Assembly: GCA_031382605.1 (NCBI GenBank)
Contig: JANMYZ010000511.1
Coordinates: forward strand, 1-35,989
Direction of reading: 5' to 3'
DNA from: Planctomycetota bacterium
GTDB taxonomy: Bacteria; Planctomycetota; UBA11346
DNA length: 35,989 nucleotides
Positions within the stretch are counted from its first letter, which is position 1, and every line of letters begins with the position of its first letter. Of the stretch, positions 27,345 to 33,677 are shown piece by piece. Made by a program: the position numbers and the translations under genes. The notes beneath the pieces were generated by a model that was given only the letters and a program-made list of their open reading frames with translations, was not told the origin of the DNA and did not search any database.

Positions 27345-27481
27345 AGACGGGGAAAGAAATGCGCACATCGTTTTTTTTGTGTCACTTTTCGTTGTTGTAT
27401 TATTTACAATAGTCGTCGTTGAGAGCGTGTAAATCGCAGGCCAGCTCACTGTCCTAGTCTAAGAAATAAAGGAATTACAAC

Positions 27482-30055
27482 ATGAATTTTATTAAACTTA
27501 TCCTCTTGGCTTTAGTAGCAAGTGCTCTTTGGGCTGTGGGTGTGCCGAGCGCTTACGGAGAGACCGTCAGCCTGGTCTCGGTCGGATCAGATGGCATGCT
27601 TAAATATGGGCTCTACGCCAACCAGGGGCAGTCCAATGTCGTGAACCGACTGCCGGATTTCTCCCGCGCAGGCTATCAGGGCGGCGGTGTTCCAATTCCG
27701 TTCGTGCCCGCAGTGATCACCGTGTCTCCTGGGCCGGGCGACAATAGGATTCTAATTCAAAACGCCATCGACGCGGTTTCCTTGAGAGCCTTGGAGGCAA
27801 ACGGATTTCGCGGTGCCGTGCTGTTGAAAGCGGGAACTTATGAGGTTGGCAGCGCGCTGATCATCAATGCTAGCGGTGTGGTGTTGCGTGGTGAAGGGTC
27901 GCAAGCTGTCGGCGGAACAAGGATTGTCCTTACGGCAACTCAGTCTGGAAATCTCATCGAGGCTAGAAAAAGTGTTACTTTAATAGAAGTCGTAGAAACG
28001 CGCAGGCCGATTAGCCAAAGTTACGTTCCCGTCGGGGCCATATCGTTTACCGTGAATTCGGCGGCCAACTATCGTGTTGGTGATAAGATTATAGTGCATA
28101 GAAAAACCAATGATAATTGGATCACAGATCTAAAAATGAACGACTTTGGCTGGACAGCGAGTAACTATCAAGGACGCTATCGTCGAGTTATTACCGCCAT
28201 CACTGGGGACACGATTTCCATCGATGCGCCGATTGTTCAAGTCATCGAGGATAAGTACGGTGGAGGCGACATCTACCAGTACACTAAGTCGACATTATTT
28301 GAAAATGTAGGCATTGAAGCCTTGCGCCTTGAATCGACTTATGTCAGTGGCGAAGATGATAAACACGGAAAATTTGCCTGTGTGTTAGAGGGCGTAGAGA
28401 ATGGTTGGGTGAGACAGGTTACCGCCGTGCATTTTTCAAATACCTGCGTCAGCATCAATAACGCTAGTCATCAGATTACCATTGAAGATTGCGCGCAACT
28501 TGACCCGAAGGGTCCCATAGTAGGCGGCTGGAGGTACTCCTTCAATTTGGACGATTGTTCATACGTATTAACGCAACGCTGCTACGCCGAATCCGGGAGG
28601 CATGATTATGTCAGCGGTAGTCAAACGCCTGGGCCGAACGCGTTTGTAGATTGTGTCGCACATGACACCAAGAGTGATAGTGGGCCGCACCATCGGTATT
28701 CTACCGGGCAAATTTACGACAACATCAACTGCGGAGAGTTGAATGTCCAGAACCGTAGAGGTTCTGGGAGTGGCCACGGTTGGGCAGGTGCTCAAATCCT
28801 CTTCTGGAATTGTAAGGGTAATTCGATCTGCGACGCGCCGTTAGGCGCCATGAACTGGTCGGTGGGTTTTGACGGACAGCACAGTGAAAGCTCTTTCTCT
28901 CCAGACGAGCCCGATGGCATATGGCAATCCCACAACACCCGGGTCGCGCCTCGCTCACTTTACCAGGCGCAACTCAAGGAACGCATGGGGAAAACGGCCT
29001 TGCGCAACGTAATCCTGCCCATGCAAGCCGTGGGTACGATCTGGCCAAGCCTAGCTAGTTGGGCTGGTAACGGACTCTTCGGTGATCAAGTTATCGTTTG
29101 GGAAGACGATGCGGTCGTGTCACCGCCAAACGTGAAAACCGTTTATGGTACTGTGCGGAATCTACAAATGCTTGATAGTGGTATCGTTTGTTCGTGGACG
29201 AAAGTGTCAGGACCGGGCACGGTCTTATTTGCAGCTGCCACATCTTTAAGGACAACGGCTATATTTTCTAGCGCTGGCACCTACGTGCTGCGTCTGGTCG
29301 CCAGTGGTGGAACGCGGACTGTCATTGTTGATGTGTCCATAACCGCGTCGGGGGCACCCGTGAATGTAGCGCCACAGGTGAATGCTGGCGCTGATAAATC
29401 ACTGACATTACCAGCGTCGGCAAGCTTAGTCGGCACCGCGAGTGATGATGGCTTGCCAAGTGGCTCAACGTTGACGACGATGTGGTCAAAAGTGAGCGGC
29501 CCAGGCACAGTGACCTTTGCCAATGCGAGTGCAAAATCGACCACAGCTACGTTCTCGGGGGCTGGTACTTATGTGCTGCGCTTGACGGCCAGTGATGGCA
29601 CGCTTCCGTCTACCGATGACATGTCCGTAACGGTAATCGAGTCTGGCGGCGGCGTCACGGCGCCACCTAAACCAGCGGCGCCAACTACGTCAGGCGATGG
29701 AACCGCGACTCCAACCATATCGGGCGATACGACCGCAGGAGCAACCGTGCATATCTTTATAGATGGAACGGAAGTCGACACTGTCATCGCCGGTTCAGAT
29801 GGGAAATGGACCTATCCGATAACCGGTTTGCCTGCTGGCACGCACACGATCACGGTCACGTCTCAAAATGCTGGGGGCACATCTGACCTCAGCAGTCCAA
29901 CGACCATCACTGTTGTCGCTACCGGCGTTAGCACACCGCCCGCTAGTGACAAAGGCGGCAGCCGCTGCGGATTGGGCGGGTTATCGGCGAGTTTATTTAT
30001 GCTGTTTTTCGCCTTTGTGATATTTACGCAAAGAGTTGTCCAGAATAACAGATGA
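27482..30055 (+). CDS. Secreted or cell-surface right-handed beta-helix (pectate-lyase-superfamily-like) protein with two PKD-like repeats, an Ig-like domain and a C-terminal Gly-rich/TM/basic tail
   Basis: Signal peptide MNFIKLILLALVASALWAVG. N-terminal block ILIQNAIDAV...GAVLLKAGTYEVGSALIINASGVVLRGEG. Tandem repeats W(T/S)KVSGPGTV.F..A....T.A.FS.AGTYVLRL.AS. Tail GGSRCGLGGLSASLFMLFFAFVIFTQRVVQNNR. Confidence 0.85.
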   Translation: MNFIKLILLALVASALWAVGVPSAYGETVSLVSVGSDGMLKYGLYANQGQSNVVNRLPDFSRAGYQGGGVPIPFVPAVITVSPGPGDNRILIQNAIDAVSLRALEANGFRGAVLLKAGTYEVGSALIINASGVVLRGEGSQAVGGTRIVLTATQSGNLIEARKSVTLIEVVETRRPISQSYVPVGAISFTVNSAANYRVGDKIIVHRKTNDNWITDLKMNDFGWTASNYQGRYRRVITAITGDTISIDAPIVQVIEDKYGGGDIYQYTKSTLFENVGIEALRLESTYVSGEDDKHGKFACVLEGVENGWVRQVTAVHFSNTCVSINNASHQITIEDCAQLDPKGPIVGGWRYSFNLDDCSYVLTQRCYAESGRHDYVSGSQTPGPNAFVDCVAHDTKSDSGPHHRYSTGQIYDNINCGELNVQNRRGSGSGHGWAGAQILFWNCKGNSICDAPLGAMNWSVGFDGQHSESSFSPDEPDGIWQSHNTRVAPRSLYQAQLKERMGKTALRNVILPMQAVGTIWPSLASWAGNGLFGDQVIVWEDDAVVSPPNVKTVYGTVRNLQMLDSGIVCSWTKVSGPGTVLFAAATSLRTTAIFSSAGTYVLRLVASGGTRTVIVDVSITASGAPVNVAPQVNAGADKSLTLPASASLVGTASDDGLPSGSTLTTMWSKVSGPGTVTFANASAKSTTATFSGAGTYVLRLTASDGTLPSTDDMSVTVIESGGGVTAPPKPAAPTTSGDGTATPTISGDTTAGATVHIFIDGTEVDTVIAGSDGKWTYPITGLPAGTHTITVTSQNAGGTSDLSSPTTITVVATGVSTPPASDKGGSRCGLGGLSASLFMLFFAFVIFTQRVVQNNR

Positions 30056-30120
30056 TTGGTGGAAAAATCGACATGAATAATCGCGGTTAGGGCGGGAGCT
30101 GGAGCTGTGGGCCAAAGAAA

Positions 30121-30297
30121 AAATAAATGACGGCGCGCCGGGCAGGCCGGCTAAGAGTTGGGGCTGCAAGACCATCACCCGTTTTCCCGGTGGATGGTCG
30201 GCAGCGGAAGTCGTCACTCGGCCTAGTGGTCACGATAAAAGACGCGACCATAGAGAGCGTCATCACATTGACTTCGCTCTAGAAAGGTGGCGAGACA
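30121..30297 (+). repeat. 177-bp direct repeat, copy B
   Basis: 175/177 identical to 27168..27344, at an offset of exactly 2953 bp. Confidence 0.95.
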
Positions 30298-30480
30298 TTC
30301 TTTGTTTTCTGCGTCCTCCATTATTTAAAAAACTGGGTTGTTTGGGTACGCTGCGGACGCTATGGCCATGGGCCAACGAGCAGCAGCGCCGGATGCACAT
30401 CAGATCGCAGTCGCACCAGGTGGCGGCGATTGCACCAGGGAATCGTGCCACCATCGTCCTCGCCCACGAATGGACATCCT

Positions 30481-32157
30481 ATGAGCAAAAAATCGCAAAA
30501 AACCGAGCGCAAAAAGAAGAAACGCCAAGAGCGCATTCGGCAGGAAAAACATCAGCGTCACTTGACGCCCGCTGTGCCGTCGTTCTGGGACACCGATGTG
30601 CCCGTGCGGAAAGACCCCCGCCGGTCGATGGACATCGAGCGTTGGTTACGTGGCCATGCGCAGCGCACCGGACAGTGGGTGGTGGGCATGCCGGAATTGG
30701 CGCAGGCCCTGAATGCAAGTAAGTCGAATCCGGTGGTGGGTCCTGGAGAGCTTGCCGGCGCGCCAGCCGTGGAACGCGCGCAGGAACTGGCGTTCCAGTG
30801 CATGGAGACAGACGATGACGATGCAGCGGCGATCCTGGCGCGGGCCGCGTTAGAGATTGATGCAGCTAACCTGGATGCACGGCGGACGTTGATCATCTAT
30901 GAGGCCGCTGGCGATCCGGATGCCTGCTACCGTCGGCTGCAGGGTCTGTTAGATGAGGCCGGCTCGACGCTCGATCAGGCGCTGGTCGCCGCGACGACAG
31001 GGCAGCTCAGTCGTCTGCTGAGTGCTCGGCCATTCCTGCGGGTGCTGCAAGGCCTGATGATTAAGGCGGCGCAGCAGCACGATCTGGAGCGCCTGGCGCC
31101 CGTGATGAAGAGCTACGTCGGCTTCGATCAAGCGAGTTGCTGGGTGGCGGTCGGGCGCGCGTTGAAGCTCCTGAATCAGGATGAACGTTGGGATTGCGCG
31201 GCACGACTGCGGGACTTGGTGATCGCTGACGGTGTCAGTCGATGGATGCTCGATGGCCTGTTGGCACTGCGCGGGGGCGATCGTCGCGCCGCCGGCGATC
31301 AGATTCGCCAAGCGGTTGTGCGGAATCCACTTTTACGTCAGCAATTGCAGGATGCTGGCAGCAGCCCGATCTCTGAGCTGGGGTACGAGGCAACCACCCT
31401 CGCCAACGGCCTTGAACCGCTGATCAATGATCTGCCGGATTTCCCCGACTGGCTGGCCGATGGCATGCCATGGATGGACCAAGCGGCGATCGACCGTGCG
31501 CTGAAGGCCTATGCTAAGCCGCTGTCAAACTTGCTGGCTCTGGGCCAATCGGCCATCGACGAGATCGACTACGTTCAGAGATATGGCATCGGGCCGCAGC
31601 ACCGCGAACCACTCGAACAAATGCTGAAGGATCCGGTCTTCCAGCAGGTGGGCCCGACCGATCCGGAGGTCTTCGCGACGATGCATGCGTGGCGTGCGCT
31701 CGGCCAGATTGGCGACCAACGCAGTCTGCCGGTATTGTTTTCCGTATTGTTGGACCCGGATGCCGGCGACTGGGACTATGAGGAACTGCCGGAAATCATC
31801 GGGCGTTTCGCTGCCGCCGCCCTGCCGAGCACGCTCAAAGAACACCGCGTACGCCTCGCCGACCCAGATGGAAATGAGACCCTGCTGTGGGCGTTACAAC
31901 GCATCCTGGCGCTCATCGCCAAACGTGACCCGGAGTCGCGCGGCGCAGTGATCGACTGCCTCCGCGCCGTGGTGACTGACCCGCAGATGCACCTCATCAC
32001 CACGCGAGCATCGGCGATCGCCAGCCTGAGCGAGTTGCGCGCGGTTGAATGCTTGCCCTGCATCGAACAAGCCTACGCCGACGGAATGGTCGACATCGGC
32101 TACGTCGGTCTGTCGTCCGTTCGCGAGCAGATGGCCAAGGGAGAGGTCGACGGTTGA
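30481..32157 (+). CDS. GC-rich hypothetical protein with polybasic N-terminus and C-terminal HEAT/PBS-lyase-like repeats (DUF1186-like impression)
   Basis: I chose the ATG at 30481 (MSKKSQKTERKKKKRQERIRQEKHQRH) over the TTG at 30430. C-terminal repeats include WRALGQIGDQRSLPVLFSVLLDPD and ASAIASLSELRAVECLPCIEQAY. Confidence 0.72.
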   Translation: MSKKSQKTERKKKKRQERIRQEKHQRHLTPAVPSFWDTDVPVRKDPRRSMDIERWLRGHAQRTGQWVVGMPELAQALNASKSNPVVGPGELAGAPAVERAQELAFQCMETDDDDAAAILARAALEIDAANLDARRTLIIYEAAGDPDACYRRLQGLLDEAGSTLDQALVAATTGQLSRLLSARPFLRVLQGLMIKAAQQHDLERLAPVMKSYVGFDQASCWVAVGRALKLLNQDERWDCAARLRDLVIADGVSRWMLDGLLALRGGDRRAAGDQIRQAVVRNPLLRQQLQDAGSSPISELGYEATTLANGLEPLINDLPDFPDWLADGMPWMDQAAIDRALKAYAKPLSNLLALGQSAIDEIDYVQRYGIGPQHREPLEQMLKDPVFQQVGPTDPEVFATMHAWRALGQIGDQRSLPVLFSVLLDPDAGDWDYEELPEIIGRFAAAALPSTLKEHRVRLADPDGNETLLWALQRILALIAKRDPESRGAVIDCLRAVVTDPQMHLITTRASAIASLSELRAVECLPCIEQAYADGMVDIGYVGLSSVREQMAKGEVDG

Positions 32158-32158
32158 A

Positions 32159-32345
32159 CCTAAAAAACGCAGTAGAGAACCATTTTACCGCTAAGCCGCA
32201 AAGAGCGCAAAGGACTTACAGCAAAATTAAGCTTTACCCGTTTGGTGAAGCCATTGATCATCTCAATTTTGATTCAAACCTTTGCTTTTCTTGGCGTCTT
32301 TGCGCCTTAGCGGTGGAAGTTTGAATTCCTATTGCGGTTTTTAGG
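32159..32345 (+). mobile_element. Family-A MITE-like palindromic element, short variant (reference copy)
   Basis: TIRs are cctaaaaaacgcagtag and ctattgcggtttttagg, with about 15 of the first 17 positions complementary. Perfect 5-bp duplication ttgaa at 32154-32158 and 32346-32350, and the left copy contains the TGA stop at 32155-32157. Confidence 0.9.
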
Positions 32346-32490
32346 TTGAAGTCCCCGGAGGCCTGACTGATGACAACGATGACCGTCAGACGACCGGCCA
32401 TTTGGGCGCGTATCGACCGGACCATAACCATGGACGGACAACCACGGACGAGTTTGGCCGACACGATTCCGCACGTCGGCTGGAATCTGA

Positions 32491-32530
32491 GATCGTACGC
32501 GATCACGCGCGATCACGCGCCATCACGTGC
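32491..32530. repeat. Four tandem 10-bp units (gatcgtacgc gatcacgcgc gatcacgcgc catcacgtgc) upstream of the lipoprotein gene
   Basis: Read directly. The period is exactly 10 bp. It is followed by the near-palindrome gcgctgatcgcgatagcgc at 32547-32565, and the ATG is at 32579. Confidence 0.85.
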
Positions 32531-32578
32531 GCCTGATCGCGGGTTGCGCTGATCGCGATAGCGCAAGCATGGTCACGC

Positions 32579-33040
32579 ATGTCAACGTTCAGCGCTTGGA
32601 CCTCAGGAATAATGGCGTTTTTTCTGCTGGCGTTGATGGGCTGTCAGGCTCATACGCCACCAGATGACGTTGTCGCAACGCGGCTGCGGGTGGCAGTGAC
32701 CGCAACGTGCGCGGCCATGGGTTTGCCGATTGAAGAGCGTCCCACGGGCCGGGCGCTGGATGATCAGGTGGGATTATTGGCGATGCGATTATCGGCAGAA
32801 CGCGTGAACTCCATCACCAGCGGAGCCCTTGATCGGCAGGTGGTGCTCGATGCTTTTCAGGCCGCCTTGAAACGGCGCGCGGCGCGGCAATCAACCAGTG
32901 AGCCGCCACGTTTACTGGCTTTTTTGCTCGACAAAGTCCCGCAGTGGACCGTCGACCAGACGCTGTTGGCGTCCGCTTTACTGGCGCAGTTTGAGCATGA
33001 GGCCCAGTTGGTTCCGAAGTCGCCAGGGCTCATTCGCTGA
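32579..33040 (+). CDS. Hypothetical lipoprotein
   Basis: MSTFSAWTSGIMAFFLLALMGC has a hydrophobic signal and the lipobox LMGC. The remainder is helical and Ala/Leu-rich. Confidence 0.6.
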   Translation: MSTFSAWTSGIMAFFLLALMGCQAHTPPDDVVATRLRVAVTATCAAMGLPIEERPTGRALDDQVGLLAMRLSAERVNSITSGALDRQVVLDAFQAALKRRAARQSTSEPPRLLAFLLDKVPQWTVDQTLLASALLAQFEHEAQLVPKSPGLIR

Positions 33041-33197
33041 CGCCGTCCGGTGCGGCCATGCAGGTGGCGACCCACGAATTGACGCAGATTTCGCTGCGTA
33101 GCGGCGCTAGCTTGGAGGCGCTGACGGTGATCCGTACGGTGACGGATCGTTATGCGAAAAATAATATCTGGACAGCCGAGCATCGTGAACGTTTGAG

Positions 33198-33385
33198 CCT
33201 AAAAAACGCAGTAGAGAACCATTTTACCGCAAAGCAGCAAAGAGCGCAAAGGACTTACATCAAAAACAAGATTCATCTGTTTGGTGAAGTCCTTGATCAT
33301 ACGAAATTGAGTTCAAAACCCTGCCTTTCCTTTGTGTCTTTGCGTCTTTGCGTTGGAAATTTGAATTCCTACTGCCGCGTTTAGG
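33198..33385 (+). mobile_element. Family-A MITE-like element, variant B-half
   Basis: Perfect 5-bp duplication ttgag at 33193-33197 and 33386-33390. 138/139 identical to the reverse complement of 35851..35989. Confidence 0.9.
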
Positions 33386-33677
33386 TTGAGTTCGAGGATA
33401 TTCCTGAACATCCACTCGACGCGGATACGCGTCGTTGCGTACAACGCGTTGACCGGTCGATAGCCATTGAGTTTCCAGATGCTCTGGTAGCAGAAATAGC
33501 GGGCGAAAACCGGACGAAAGTTTGGATCGTTCTCAGAAGCAGCATTCTTGTGGGCGGCGGAAAGGCCATTGCCGCCAACACCTTGGTGATTATTTTCTGC
33601 GCCGCGTTCATTCCGCCGGCGATAAATACGAACGACAAAAGTTGTATTTTGAAGCCGCGTTTCCATGCAGGGTACCC

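Noticed and set aside
27168-30297. Integron-style cassette with an attC site
   Set aside because: The 177-bp repeat is not an overall imperfect palindrome. I could not find the RYYYAAC / GTTRRRY core sites at its ends, and no integrase gene is present in the window.
32049-32324. ORFs that read through MITE copies and share the peptide ...NAVENHFTA...RAQRTY... (also 1577..2059 and 33058..33384)
   Set aside because: The shared peptide simply reflects repeated DNA. The frame is closed by a stop in the copy at 19426. The ORFs sit in different frames relative to the upstream genes, and the DNA is palindromic, which fits a hairpin rather than a coding function.
32491-32530. CRISPR array
   Set aside because: The only short tandem repeats are contiguous 10-bp units without spacers. 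I saw no repeat-spacer periodicity of 25-40 bp anywhere, and no cas genes.
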